Origin: Rhodosorus marinus CCMP1338 | Taxonomy: Eukaryota > Plantae > Rhodophyta | DNA length: 64,000 nt | Direction: 5' to 3' | Assembly: GCA_029953675.1 (NCBI GenBank) | Contig: JAMWBK010000006.1 | Coordinates: 1,240,001 to 1,304,000 of the forward strand | Shown here: piece after piece, positions 23,851 through 36,524 of the stretch | Layout: each line of letters begins with the position of its first letter | Position numbering within the stretch: position 1 is the stretch's first letter | The notes under the pieces: generated by a model | Database searches by the model: none | Told to the model about the DNA's origin: nothing | What the model saw: only the letters and a program-made list of their open reading frames with translations | Translations under genes and position numbers: made by a program

Positions 23851-26800
23851 GATCAACTAATGTTATGACAGCCTGTCGACTTCAGAAGTAATTTGTTAAA
23901 ACGCTTGGGGAGGTTCTCACATAATCATGATTCATTGCATGATAATGGCAGATTGTCGCTAAGAGAAGTAACCATGATTCATGATATGCGCGTGACAGCT
24001 TGTCAAGCCGAGAAATAATCATAATGCAATATTTGGAGAGGAGAGGATTGATTATGATACTAACGTTGATTGAATATCGGACGATTTATCGGACCTAATT
24101 TTGCGAAGCTTTTCAAGGAGACACCCAGTAATTTTGATACAGTTTTTAAATAGTTTTATCCATTTCGAAAATTTATCGAAACGTCCGATAAACTTTTGCG
24201 GACGGCCGGCCCAAGGCGCGGCACACTGCCATGACACTCGAAAAGCTTGTTCAGAGTAGAGAGGGTACTCAGTGGTTCTCAAAAGCGGTTCTCAAAAGCG
24301 CGGGAACTTCATGAGCTTTCGCATGTCATAGTCGGCACACCACCAGCTCTCAACCTCTCTATATACAGTGGTTTCTGAGCTTGTCTTAAAGGATTTTGCT
24401 CAGTTAATGACGTTTTACACTTTTAACACTTTTTACACTTTTTGTTTTACACTCGTATTGTTTTTATTCTAGTACCCCTTCAGGTAGGAGTGGGCCCCCT
24501 CCCTCCTCCGCTCTTGGCTATTTGCTACAGAGAGAGGCGGGCTTTGGGAGCTAAGATGCAGTCCTCATTGATGCTCACACGATCGATCAGGTCGTTTTAC
24601 TAAAAGAAAAGGCATACTATCGCTATGTAGAGACACTTTGAGAGCAAAAAGTCGCCCTTAATTGTTTGCTCGCACAATAGTGGGCATACTATCAGTTCAA
24701 CCGTTGGACAGACTGTCCTTTGAGCATTGTGCGAGAAGGCTTGCCTTGCACTCACCAACAGAATCGTAATGTTTTTTTTTGGGGGGGGGGGACGCTGGAT
24801 TTAACGGAATGGATATGTTAGGCCAAATGGCCGTGCTACATTGTGATTAGGCTGTGTCATAAGTTGTTTTCAAGGGGGACACGGGACAGCGAAATGGATG
24901 TGCTGCAAAATAGCAGTGCTACATTGTGGTTTGGATGAGCCATTCTTTGGCGGATGTCCGGGCTGGTTTGTAGTTGGAAGGATCGATTTTTTATTCAGAG
25001 GCCAGAACCCTGAGAGGACAAGGCATGACAAGGATAAGTGTTTTCTTCTAATCCATGGTCTTTAAGCGGAGGGCGGTTTCGGAGGGGGGGTGGTGAGGGA
25101 GTGGGTGGGTGGGATTCCAACTTCGGGAATTCCGTCTTGGGCCGGCAATTGCGCAGTGCGCAAAACGCTAGCAGGGGCTGCCAATCTGACTGACGACCAC
25201 TACTAAACAAAACGCTAGCAGGGGCTGCCAATCAGACTAATCAGAATACGTAATCGGTATGCCAAAGAGAACAATCTCTGGATCATGCCTGCTTATAAAC
25301 GGCTCGACACCATTGTAATCAAAGGACAAGAGATATACCCTCATCCAAAGATAAGCCCTAGGCCTCCAAGATGATTAGCCTCGGTGACAACTAGGTACGA
25401 CAGATGATGTCAATAGACTAAGCAGGGGACACACATCACTCACAAACATGAATCTCACATAGGTATAGTGGTATTACTCACCTGACCTGTATCCACTCAA
25501 AACAACAATGCAGCGACAGCTTTACATATACTGTACCCTATCTACAGGAGCCATGATCTGAATCTAAACCATAGCTATGACTGCTTGGATAGGGCAAGAA
25601 TCCTAATATGCGAAGCCATCAACATAACTCCTCCAGCAAAGCATTCCGAACAAGCGTTACCAAGTCGAATATACTCTGCCGACCAACTAAAAGACATTAG
25701 GGAAGCCTAGTAGCTGGATAAGAGGTTACCACATTGAAGATAAGCAAGTTCAGGGCATCAACAAGTATTACTCCGTATTGAAGCATGCCGAGAACACTTC
25801 CAGAACCACAATATATAGATCAACCTACAGGATTCGCTGTAGTCCCTCTATATTGGATACCTGGTCTAATCCCTAAGTCCTATGCTATTCGAACTTAAAG
25901 ACCTGGAAGCTGAGACGTCTTAAACAATGATGAAGCAGATAAAGTATCATCGAATAAGTCATTTGTGAATGATGCGTACATACACTCAAAGCGATCTAAC
26001 CATGCAACCAGTAGTCCATTGTCAGTCTCTAAACCTGTTATCCTAGTTATACTGCACCTATACGGGCTAAGTAATAGACTAAGATAAGTACACGCAAGCA
26101 GATATTGCCTGATATACCATACTCCAGAACCTCTAGAACCATGCGTACACTAGAGTTAGGCACTCGTACGGTTTCATCCAAGGATAGATTACTCCCAGTG
26201 TACTAAAGTAACAAGCGGGCAAGGTCTTTCATCATATGCAGTAAAGGAAGATCACCAGTAACCAACACCAAGGCAAGGAAGATACTAGGTAAATGTTCTA
26301 GAATACTCTATATCTCACCTTAGTGACTACTCCAAGTGCGCCGGCTTTCGTGGAAGCGAAGATAGGAATGCGCAGCTACTCGTGACTGTAAGGCGATCGG
26401 ATGTAACCCGGATCCATTAAATGCAGAACTAAGATTGGCAAGATTCCTATGAGAATCCAATCACACGAACTGCACTCACAAATGAGTGTTATGGTTGTAC
26501 CAGATAAACGAAACTCCGTACTTACAAGACAGTAGTGGGTGAAGACTACTATGTAGCGTTTGTTTGCATGGTTGGAATGGCTCTTGCTCGACGTTTGGTT
26601 AGCTTAGCCAGCTCAGGAAGTAGTTTCTGGGATAAGCTTGCCAACTGTCGTTGACCTTGCTAGCACGACAGGACAATCAATCGGAACGCCGTCACCAACT
26701 GAGCTATAATACAATGTTCTCTCTGAGCTTCCGCGGGATCGCTAAATGTTGAAAAGGAGTGAAATTTGATTCAATTGACACATCCCCAGCACCGAGGACA

Positions 26801-27308
26801 TGCTCTGCCCTACAGGATGGATAGCAAGTCAGCCACCAGTCACATTTGACACCCAATTCAAAGAGCTTAAAAGCTGTGGCTCGAAAAAAGCTCTGAAACC
26901 GTTCACAGTTCTGCTCTAAAAAGGTTGCTTCTATGCAGATCATTTTTAACTACATTCTGGTACCCAAGCTGGTTCACTATCAAGTTTTCTCTGTGATTCT
27001 TTTCTGCTGTAACTTGGTCAAGGCAATTCTCCAATAGATGGAGGCCGTTCGGCAAGTCCGCAATCTTTCGGTGCCCCCCGAGAGTTTGTAAAGAAATTAC
27101 TAGTCAGTTTAATTAGGTTGTCAGTATCAATTACTTTGCTATGAAGTTATCAGCGAATCATATTTCGATTCCTCTCCTTCGGCGTTTCATGTTGTTACAG
27201 GCGTGGATATCACCACAAGCGCACACATGCGCTCCTACGTTTTCAGCCTTTCAAGATTCCTTCTTCCTCTCCTCGCTGGCAATATATCCACGCTTTTTGG
27301 CTGCCACT

Positions 27309-30300
27309 TCATGGACTTGGCGTTGGCGTTGGCGTTGGCGTTGGCGTTGGGCTCGGCGTTGGCGTTGGGCTCGGTGTTGGCGTTGGGCTCGGCGTTGGCG
27401 TCAGCGTTGGGTTCCGGCTCGGCGTTGGCGTCAGCGTTGGCGTTGGCGTTGGCGTTGGCGTTGGGCTCGGCGTTGGCGTCAGCGTTGGGTTCCGGCTCGG
27501 CGTTGGCGTCAGCGTTGGCGTTGGGCTCGGCGTTGGCGTCAGCGTTGGGTTCCGGCTCGGCGTTGGCGTCAGCGTTTCCGTTGGCGTCAGCGTTGGCGTT
27601 GGGCTCGGCGTTGGGCTCGGCGTTGGGCTCGGCGTTGGCGTCAGCGTTGGGTTCCGGCTCGGCGTTGGCGTCAGCGTTGGCGTTGGCGTTGGCGTTGGCG
27701 TTGGGCTCGGCGTTGGCGTCAGCGTTGGGTTCCGGCTCGGCGTTGGCGTCAGCGTTGGCGTTGGCGTTGGCGTTGGCGTTGGGCTCGGCGTTGGCGTCAG
27801 CGTTGGGTTCCGGCTCGGCGTTGGCGTCAGCGTTGGCGTTGGGCTCGGCGTTGGGCTCGGCGTTGGCGTCAGCGTTGGCGTTGGCGTTAGCATTTCCGTT
27901 GGCGTTGGGCTCGGCGTTGGGCTCGGCGTCGGCGTTGGGCTCGGCGTTGGGCTCGGCGTTGGCGTCAGCGTTGGGTTCCGGCTCGGCGTTGGCGTTAGCA
28001 TTTCCGTTGGCGTTGGCGTTGGCGTTGGGCTCGGCGTTGGGCTCGGCGTTGGCGTCAGCGTTGGGTTCCGGCTCGGCGTTGGCGTTAGCATTTCCGTTGG
28101 CGTTGGGCTCGGCGTCGGCGTTGGGCTCGGCGTTGGCGTCAGCGTTGGGTTCCGGCTCGGCGTTGGCGTCAGCGTTGGCGTTGGGCTCGGCGTTGGCGTC
28201 AGCGTTGGGTTCCGGCTCGGCGTTGGCGTTAGCATTTCCGTTGGCGTTGGCGTTGGCGTTGGGCTCGGCGTTGGGCTCGGCGTTGGCGTCAGCGTTGGGT
28301 TCCGGCTCGGCGTTGGCGTTAGCATTTCCGTTGGCGTTGGGCTCGGCGTCGGCGTTGGGCTCGGCGTTGGCGTCAGCGTTGGGTTCCGGCTCGGCGTTGG
28401 CGTTAGCATTTCCGTTGGCGTTGGGCTCGGCGTCGGCGTTGGGCTCGGCGTTGGCGTCAGCGTTGGGTTCCGGCTCGGCGTTGGCGTTGGCGTTTGCGTT
28501 GGCGTTGGCGTTGGCGTTGGCGTTGGCGTTGGCGTTGGCGTTGGCGTTGGCGTTGGCGTTGGCGTTGGCGTTGGCGTTGGCGTTGGCGTTGGCGTTGGCG
28601 TTGGCGTTGGCGTTGGCGTTGGCGTTGGCGTTGGCGTTGGCGTTTGCGTTGGCGTTTGCGTTGGCGTTTGCGTTGGCGTTGGCGTTGGCGTTGGCGTTGG
28701 CGTTGGCGTTGGCGTTGGCGTTGGCGTTGGCGTTGGCGTTTGCGTTGGCGTTTGCGTTGGCGTTTGCGTTGGCGTTTGCGTTTGCGTTGGCGTTGGCGTT
28801 TGCGTTGGCGTTGGCGTTGGCGTTGGCGTTGGCGTTTGCGTTGGCGTTTGCGTTGGCGTTTGCGTTGGCGTTGGCGTTTGCGTTGGCGTTTGCGTTGGCG
28901 TTGGCGTTGGCGTTGGCGTTGGCGTTGGCGTTGGCGTTGGCGTTGGCGTTGGCGTTGGCGTTGGCGTTGGCGTTGGCGTTGGCGTTGGCGTTGGCGTTGG
29001 CGTTGGCGTTGGCGTTGGCGTTGGCGTTGGCGTTGGCGTTGGCGTTGGCGTTGGCGTTGGCGTTGGCGTCGGGCTCGGGCTCGGCGTTGGCGTTGGCGTT
29101 GGGCTTGGGCTCGGACTCTGACTCGGCGTCGGCGTCGGCGTAGGGCTCGGGCTTGGCGTTGCGGTTGGCGTTGCCGGGGAATCCGTTGGGAACGGAGTAA
29201 AATCCCACATGGGACCCCAAGTGGGCTCATGTGTGTAAGCCCAAGTGGGTGTCTCCATCGGTGTTTCTCCAGGGCCCAGTGTTGGCGTAATAGACGCGGA
29301 AGCGGTTGGCGTCTCACTCTCAGTCTCGGTCTCAGTCTCAGTCTCGGTCTCGGTCTCGGTCGGAGGCTGAGGCACCAAGGTCCCAGTCGGTGTCGGTATT
29401 GGTGTAGGGGTAGGAGGTTCTGGCGTCCTTATCGGCACGCGAGTGGGCGTTGGTGACGGAGTCGGACTCGGCGTTGGTGACGGAGTCGGACTCGGCGTTG
29501 GTGACGGGGTCGGACTCGGCGTTGGTGACGGGGTCGGACTCGGCGTTGGTGACGGGGTCGGACTCGGCGTTGGTGACGGGGTCGGACTCGGCGTTGGTAA
29601 CGGGGTCGGACTCGGCGATGGTGACGGGGTCGGGGGCACTAGGGTCGGGGTCGGCGGAGGAGGAGTTGGCTCTACCTCTGAGCCACACTGCAATCCAACC
29701 TGGCACCGCACAGACGCCTCGGAGAAGTATTGGGAACAATCATCCGCTCCCATCACCGGAAAAACATCTTCAACGACGCTGTCGTCTGATTTTAGCCGAG
29801 CCTCAGCGCGAGGGATCACGCAGATACTAGTGTTGCAGCAGTCGAAAGGACTACTGAATCTGTTTAGGCAGACGTAGACGCTTTTTTTCATCCATGGTCC
29901 ATCCGTTCGATCGACCTGGAAAGGTGAAGACCTCTCATCGCTACAATTTGCCCATGCTCCGGCCTCCAGACGAGTGAAGATCCACTCGTCGCTGAACATT
30001 TCAAACCGAAACCGAATACACCATTTGTTCGTGTATTCGATTTCCAAGCACACTTCTCCCACTGTGTCCCCTACACCCATCAGCTTGATGTCGTAACATT
30101 TCTTATTAGACGAGCCTCCCAAAGTTACAACCTCCTGGTTCGCCGCGTGGCTGGCACAAGTCTGTGGAACTGGAGTGGGCGTCGGGGTAGGCCCAATCCT
30201 CCCGTCGCACAGGAAAGCGACATCGCAACGAGCGAACACATCTCCTTGTTCTATCCTGCACTTCTTGCGTCCCAGTAGTGGATGTGCAGTTACGACCTGC

Positions 30301-30764
30301 GACCCTTTTGATGCGACGGCGTACGGGAATACGCAAATATCCGTGTTGCAGCATCCATCCCCAGTCCCCGCGGGCGCTTCGAACTTTTGTAAGCACATGT
30401 ATAGTTTTTTCTTCGTGAGAGGTCCGGTGCGGGAAACAAAGAAAGGGTCGTCAGTCTCTATCCCACATGACGCAGCCCCTCCTGCTCTCAGATCATTCCA
30501 AACCCATCCCTCATCTGCGAGGTAATTGAACCGTATGCAAATCTTCTCTCCGATATACTTCACATTCAAGTAAACTATCCCAACCCTTTCACCCGTTCCA
30601 TCGGCATGCAGAACATAATTTCGAGCATTATAATCCTTATAGATGTAATGATTCTCAAACTGTTCCGCGTAATCTGAACAGAGCTGCTGACATGTCCCAA
30701 ATCCTACCAGCAGACCCAACAGAATCAACCATTTGTACAAACCGAGAGCTTTTCTAGCCTCCAT
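27309..30764 (-). CDS. Secreted protein: signal peptide, two Cys-rich domains and a very long Pro-Thr/Ser repeat tail (extensin/mucin-like)
   Basis: Single [28 protein letters not shown] is a signal-like N-terminus. Two about 150-aa domains with VG.V..C.RF..GW/EW..DPF..Y.CL..F..CCN..ICV.P..C..C..C. About 600 aa of (PT)n follow; no TM or GPI signal seen. Confidence 0.85.
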   Translation of the reverse strand: MEARKALGLYKWLILLGLLVGFGTCQQLCSDYAEQFENHYIYKDYNARNYVLHADGTGERVGIVYLNVKYIGEKICIRFNYLADEGWVWNDLRAGGAASCGIETDDPFFVSRTGPLTKKKLYMCLQKFEAPAGTGDGCCNTDICVFPYAVASKGSQVVTAHPLLGRKKCRIEQGDVFARCDVAFLCDGRIGPTPTPTPVPQTCASHAANQEVVTLGGSSNKKCYDIKLMGVGDTVGEVCLEIEYTNKWCIRFRFEMFSDEWIFTRLEAGAWANCSDERSSPFQVDRTDGPWMKKSVYVCLNRFSSPFDCCNTSICVIPRAEARLKSDDSVVEDVFPVMGADDCSQYFSEASVRCQVGLQCGSEVEPTPPPPTPTLVPPTPSPSPSPTPLPTPSPTPSPTPSPTPSPTPSPTPSPTPSPTPSPTPSPTPSPTPSPTPSPTPTRVPIRTPEPPTPTPIPTPTGTLVPQPPTETETETETETETESETPTASASITPTLGPGETPMETPTWAYTHEPTWGPMWDFTPFPTDSPATPTATPSPSPTPTPTPSQSPSPSPTPTPTPSPSPTPTPTPTPTPTPTPTPTPTPTPTPTPTPTPTPTPTPTPTPTPTPTPTPTPTPTPTPTPTQTPTQTPTPTQTPTQTPTQTPTPTPTPTPTQTPTPTQTQTPTQTPTQTPTQTPTPTPTPTPTPTPTPTPTPTPTQTPTQTPTQTPTPTPTPTPTPTPTPTPTPTPTPTPTPTPTPTPTPTPTPTPTPTPTPTQTPTPTPSRNPTLTPTPSPTPTPSPTPTEMLTPTPSRNPTLTPTPSPTPTPSPTPTEMLTPTPSRNPTLTPTPSPTPSPTPTPTPTEMLTPTPSRNPTLTPTPSPTPTLTPTPSRNPTLTPTPSPTPTPSPTPTEMLTPTPSRNPTLTPTPSPTPSPTPTPTPTEMLTPTPSRNPTLTPTPSPTPSPTPTPSPTPSPTPTEMLTPTPTLTPTPSPTPSPTPTLTPTPSRNPTLTPTPSPTPTPTPTPTLTPTPSRNPTLTPTPSPTPTPTPTPTLTPTPSRNPTLTPTPSPTPSPTPSPTPTLTPTETLTPTPSRNPTLTPTPSPTPTLTPTPSRNPTLTPTPSPTPTPTPTPTLTPTPSRNPTLTPTPSPTPTPSPTPTPSPTPTPTPTPTPSP
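27315..29150. repeat. Coding (GGCGTT)n hexamer array with higher-order variants
   Basis: Tandem GGCGTT/TGCGTT blocks plus recurring ggttccggctcggcgttggcgtcagcg units encoding PT, QT and [13 protein letters not shown]. Confidence 0.95.
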
Positions 30765-33700
30765 CTTGCTTGTCAACAACAGCCCCGAAACAACAAAACA
30801 AAAATTTCCTTCTTCCTCATCTATCAAGCTATCCCTCTGGCTCTCTAAGGCCTTCGTACGATCCCCCCGCTACTGCGCCAGGCTTGCTCAATAACCAAAC
30901 CATTCCCTATGCATATACATATACATAGTAACTGGGCCGACACAACGGCAAGTAGCAAAAATCGCTTCGGGACTGACTCACCATATTCTGACAAAACACT
31001 TCCTCCCATTCCTCAGGACAACCGCTATTCCACTATCCCGGATGCCAACGGAACTCCCAGAATCCCCCCTTTTCCAACTCACTGTGTTGGGGGGCACTCA
31101 AGCGAGGGCAGCCAGAGCTATTTTAGCACCTTTTTTGTGTTTCTCTTCTGTTGCGACCTGGTAGATGTTCATCTTACACTCACTCCACGCCGAGAAACTC
31201 ATCCCAACTCCGCTCTCGATTTACGACGGAATCTGTTGTTTTTTTTGTCAACACGATCTTTCGGATACAGATTGTCCTCCACCTACCTCACCCCTCCGTC
31301 CTGGCTCCTTCAAAAGGAAAAATCAGTTCAAATATTTTTCTCAAATACAATTGGTGAAACTATATACCCTTCCAAAGACAAGCAGAAAAAAATTCGCGGA
31401 ACAAGTTTCCTCAGTTGGGGAAGCTTGCTCTAATTCATTAGGGGCACCCCTTTTTGCCGTTTTCAATTGAAAAGGTTGCACCGTTTTTGCATCAGGGAGA
31501 ACTGTGCACAGCGAGTTTTTATGATGAAAACGGGAAAAGCAAATATCTGCGTGGGCATCAAGGGGGGTTGTTATTGGCTTGATTGATTCCAACGGGTCAT
31601 TGTAAACACCGAAAGGTGGTAGCTGATGGAGGGATTAGAAACGGGGGCGATTGGTTGTAAAAATTTGTTGGGGTTAACGGGGATCGATCTACGGATCTTT
31701 TCTTCTACTTTCTTTAAGGTAGTAAGTAGTAGGAGTGGATTTCTTCGGTGTTTAGAATGGTGTGACATTTGAAGCAATCTTCAATTCGTTTATGAATCCA
31801 CCCAAGCTACCTCCTGTGATGAGTAAAAATAATGGCGTTTCGATTTATCCGAATAAAACGTTGGTGGGCGACAATTCAGTACGTACGAAGAGTGGCTCTC
31901 ATCCTAGCGGATGGACAAAAATACCAAAACTTCAATATTAGCTCATTGATGGTCATTCATACCCTTGCTATCAAGTGTGGGGGCGGGGGGGAAAGGGTAA
32001 ACTTCCAGAGAGAGGGGATGCGAAGGAGAGAGAAATTTTGCGATACTATCCAGATTTTCATGCAGTTTCTAATTTTTCTGTATAATATTTGTTTTTAGAA
32101 CTCCTTTGAAGTAAAAAATGCTGCACTTGTCTGGTACGGTTTGGTTAACGCCTACTAGGCCCTTTTGCTGCTGGATACCATTGCATTCCTCGGTAGCCAG
32201 GTTTCCCGGCCGCCAAATGTAATTCTAGTTAGGGATGTATGTGCTCAAAATTTAAGACTGTCGCTTTAGATTTTCGAAAGGCTAGGGTTGAACGCGGCTA
32301 GTTTGAGGCAATGTGACCGATTTTTATAAGTTTTCGTGGCCCGGATTGCTTGTGCGTGGTTCGCTGGACTGCTGATAGATGGCTCGCATCTTGGCCGAGC
32401 CTTGTAACCTGAACTAAGGAATGCCTTCCAATAACGACCGAAAATTCTCTCGTAGAAGGGGTTGGCAGGTATTTTTGAGTCTTCATCGCGGAACCGGGGT
32501 TTTTTGTGTGTGGCCTCCTTGCTCGTCACCGACGTATCCACCACATGGAATTCGGACAGAATATTGACAATGAAATATTTGGCGATTCGAGTTTTCCAGG
32601 TACGAGGGAAGCACTTGCACTTGCGTGGAGAAAAGCTACTCGGGAGCAGTCCGCAGCAGGAACACTCAGGTTCTATTGGAAGATGAAAAAGAGGAAGAGA
32701 CACCACACGCTTTGTTTCAACTGTTTTGACACCATTCTGCGCCCCTTGGGGTTTCGACGGCTATGAGGGTGCACCTGGTCAAAACTTCTTCTATGATACT
32801 ATTTCCACTCAATCGCGCGTCGCGGGCGCCAGATTTCCCGAAAGATCGGACTCGCTGGAGGCTTTTTCAACGCACACACCTCTTGGACGAATGTTTTCTT
32901 CCAACAGAACATTCGTTAAGTCTCACATGAAAAGCAAAGCGTGCACCCAGCACAGCGCCTCTCGGCGCTGTGCTGGGTTCAGTTGGAGGACGATGTGGAA
33001 GACTACGCTTGTGGGAGGTTAGAAAATAAGAAGCACCCTGAGATCGATACCCAACCTTGCTTTCCAATTTGTACAGGAGTCCCGACGAACCTGCCCTATT
33101 GGAAAGGATGTATTGCAGAAAAAAATAGTGGAAACCAAATTAACGATGCACGGCTAAATTAAGAGCCACAATCTACGGAGAGTTTGGGCAACGTTTTTAT
33201 TTCTGGCCGAGCCTTATCCACCCAGAAAATCTGAAAAACCCTGGGACAAAAATAATACGTATTTTTCCGTTAGCATGTGTCCCTATCAACCAATCGCGCC
33301 CCCCCAAAAATCGAAAGAATACGATTCTCACCATTTCCATTTGAAAATTGGGCGGCACGGATGAGCTGTTCCAAAAGATCCGTCAATCAACAGAAATCTC
33401 TCATACGATTGAAGAAATTAGCCGGACAATTTTATATTTACAAAAGATGGATCCATTGATTGCCGGGGAGTAATTTTCTTAAAAATGTAAGCTTCCCTCT
33501 CATCATTACGTTTATTCAGACCTCTCCTGTTCTTGGTTGGATTTGTTTTTGGATTTTGAGATTATTTCCAAAACATTGTTCAGAAAATTGCTGTCATCCA
33601 TCCAATAAATAACGAGGAGAAAAAGGAAAAACGGTTATGCCAGAAAAGAAGGAACTCCTATGTTTTTCTCATTGGCTAGGTGGATAAATATTATAATTAT

Positions 33701-34769
33701 ATTGGGTTAGAAGATCGAAATTCGACAGGTATTTATCAGTACGTATTCCCAAAATCGTCGCCGGCTGCCCTCGAGTTCAGAGATCAGGGCAGGGGCAAAA
33801 ACGCTGACCACAGGGGGGATTGACCAGGTCTTGATTGACTCGAGTTTACACGGTCGATATGGACTGTACTAGCGTTTTATTGGCTTGCTAATTCTACAGA
33901 TATTCCACAGGTTTTGGGTCGCGAGGAGCGGCGGCACCTTCAGTTACGACACGGAATAGAACAGTCGGCATTCGGTACGGTAAGAGCTCCTCCGCTATAC
34001 AAAACAGAAGTATTTAGTCGGCTAACCAGAATGTGGTATAGCTTGTGGGCGCAAATTAGAAGAATGCAACCGATCTCGACTGCATTCCGGTAATACCGTT
34101 GACTCCTTCGTGTGCAGAGTCGCCGGTATTTGGTTTCCGCATAAACCCCACTGTTTTGAATCAAAACTGGGTTGCAAATCAGACGCAGATCGGGGTTCGT
34201 TTGGGGTGCCGTTGAGTATATGCCCCCGCCCAATGGTCCACGAGATACACGAACATCGGTCCTGAAAATACCGACAGGTGCGGTCTTCGTTTTGCTCCAG
34301 GACAATCATGAAGATTCCATAAGAATGATGATCATCATCTCCTTACCCGGAGTCTAAGATCCTCGAAGGAAACCACTAGGAAGGGCTCAAGGAGCGAGGC
34401 TCTGCAACGCAGGCATCGCTTCATGGGCGAAGAGCTGCGAGTAGCAAGTACCCACAAGCTTTTGACGCACTCCCTTTCATAGTCCAGTATTTTTCACACG
34501 AGGCTACTGAAAAACATTAGAAACTTTGAGTGTGTCGTGTCTGATTGGAATTATTCAGAAAAACAGTCCGACTCCTGCTTCAATAAACTGTGCGATAAGC
34601 GTCCGATAATCAATCAAAGTTGGTCTAATAGTGATTCCATATCGAGTGGAGATGATTGATTTAGTAATCAATAAGAATCCCTGTAGTAGTAACAGAGATT
34701 ATTTTTCAGGGGGTCTGAGTCCAATATGAGTTTATCAGACCTGACTAGAAAAGACAAGATAAGCAACCC

Positions 34770-35180
34770 CTCGTCCGATAAATGGTTCGCCAGCGACCGA
34801 TCGTGCCCGATGTGGTTTCAGTGATTTTTCATCTTTTTGGGTTTGCGCCGTGGTTTGCCAACTCGAGTAAGGTTTGACTTTTATCAACACCCTCTGGAAC
34901 GATTACACTTTCAGTGGCAACATAAAGGAGGTTTTTGCTTGCTCAAGAATTGCTATGACAGCCTGTCGATTTGAGAAGTAATCTGTTAGAACTCTCTGGG
35001 GAGGTTCTCACATTCACATAATCATGATTCAATGCATGATAACGGCAACTGTTCATGCCGAAAAGTAGTCATGATTCATGATATGCAAGGGCGAGCTTGT
35101 CGTGCTAAGAACTAATCATGATTCAAAATGCCTTGACCGGAGATGATTGACTATTGGACTGCGTTGATTGAATATCGAAA
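34770..35180. repeat. Uninterrupted copy of the dispersed repeat that hosts the gypsy element
   Basis: Colinear similarity to 19381-19622 plus 23851-24080; contains several ATCATGAT-type palindromes. Confidence 0.8.
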
Positions 35181-35419
35181 GTGCAATATGTCGGATTTCT
35201 GGCTCTGGCATTGAATATTGATCGTTTCCGGGTGTGACAGACTGTCATTGCCGATTTAATGGTTATTCTATACGCACGATGAATCATAGAAACCATCGAT
35301 TAGCGGAATTGTTCGTGTCGAAATCTCTTTCTCCGGCGACGTTGGAACGCGAAGTTTCATCAGATACTGCCGTAGGATTCCGATAAGTTTGTACGCTTAG
35401 GTTGTATCTCTTATAACTG

Positions 35420-35720
35420 AACGAATGAATTGGTTGAATCGGAGACTGAAGAAAAAACCCCTAGGGGAAGAAAAGACTAAGCGCGGCGAAGATCGCGCGC
35501 CTCCAACATCAAAGCAGCGTTCATACGCCACAGCAAGGAACTTAAACGGGTAAACAACGAGGACAGACGGTCAGGGCGTTGGCGGAACACTTCCCGGAGC
35601 CGACGAGAACCGACGGAACCCAAAGCACTCAATGACCAAGGCATGGAGTTCAGAGGAAGATTCTCTGCAGAGAAGTGCGCCATAAACGGCACGACTGGAC
35701 CTGCTGGGCTCATCTCTAAA
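35420..35720 (-). mobile_element. 3' fragment of a CRE-like RLE retroelement, subfamily B
   Basis: Encodes LVIECFG and, in a shifted frame, SVGSRRLREVF..PDRLSSLFTRLS.LLWRMNAALMLEAR, homologous to the subfamily A RLE C-terminus; T-rich 3' tail ending aattcatt. Confidence 0.75.
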
Positions 35721-36524
35721 CGGACCAGTCCGCTGTCCCCGATTGTTTCAGCTTGAGTTTGTGGAATATTCTTCGGAGAGGTGGTGGTACCTTTCCACTG
35801 TTCCTATGCTTCTGCGGCTTTCAAGCGGTGCGCTTTCGTTGTAATTCTGTTTGCGGCGCACTTCTCCGCAAAGAATCTTCCCTGAACTCTGTACGATTAT
35901 CGTGGTGGATCTGAGCAGGGCTCATCAGTATCCATGCTTCTGCGAAGATCCATCATGCCGATGTCACTGACTTGGTGCAAAGAACTTCGTGGGGTGGAGG
36001 TTTGCGCCATTTCTACAACAAGCTCCATGCAAAACAGAGCGTGTACTAATACTAAACACATTCATTCACTATCAAAGTTGAGTGGGCAAATGAATTCCCC
36101 ACCAGTCCGGGGAACATAGATGGGTACCCAAGCGGGCGGCACTCCCACCTGGAGGGGGACCACATAAAACACGAGCGCAAAAAAAGCGCAAAACAGTGTA
36201 AAAGGTGTAAAACGCTATATACAGTGGTTTCTTTCTTAAATCTTTTTGGGTTCACATCTGGAGTCTGAGGACAATGACCTACACAAACTACGTGAGGTTC
36301 CCCTGCTTTTGAGAACCCCTAAATGACTTATCTATTCTGAGCAGGCTTTTGGAGTGTTTTGGGATAACGTCTATACATAAATGGATGATTCTAGGGTCAG
36401 TCGACCTTAGATGCAATGGTAAAAAGTGCAAAAAATGCAAAAAAATGCAAAAAAGTGCGCAAAAGTGCAAAAATGTAAAAAGTGTAAAATTCTCAAGGGC
36501 CCCCTCCGCCGATTGTAGTTGACC

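Larger units (their letters stand above)
19381..24080. repeat. Non-coding dispersed repeat (19381-19622 plus 23851-24080) split by the gypsy insertion; homologous to about 34770-35180
   Basis: tcgtccaataaatggt..gaccgat.gtg.ccgat, ggtttttgcttg.tca and atgacagcctgtcga..agaagtaat..ggggaggttctcacat..aatcatgattca..gttgattgaatatcg are shared and colinear once the LTR element is removed. Confidence 0.8.

Noticed and set aside
24588-24612. U5 snRNA loop-like CGTTTTACTAAAAG
   Set aside because: It lacks the invariant GCCUUUUAC and I could not see the flanking stem or Sm site.
25161-25233. CRISPR-like repeat-spacer-repeat
   Set aside because: Only two repeats, eukaryotic context and no cas genes.
25395-25412. 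Possible frameshifted YADD RT motif in the ORF-free island
   Set aside because: It needs an assumed indel and no flanking RT motifs were found.
28490-29070. GGCGTT array as an interstitial telomere
   Set aside because: It is in frame within a protein-coding ORF and grades into codon-structured variants.
27203-29456. Long (AL)n, (NA)n, (RW)n and (RQ)n ORFs
   Set aside because: These are shadow frames of the stop-free GGCGTT array; only the Pro-Thr frame joins a signal peptide and globular domains.
31000-34500. Scattered 60-140 aa ORFs
   Set aside because: No recognisable motifs or consistent exon chain; treated as intergenic or unknown.
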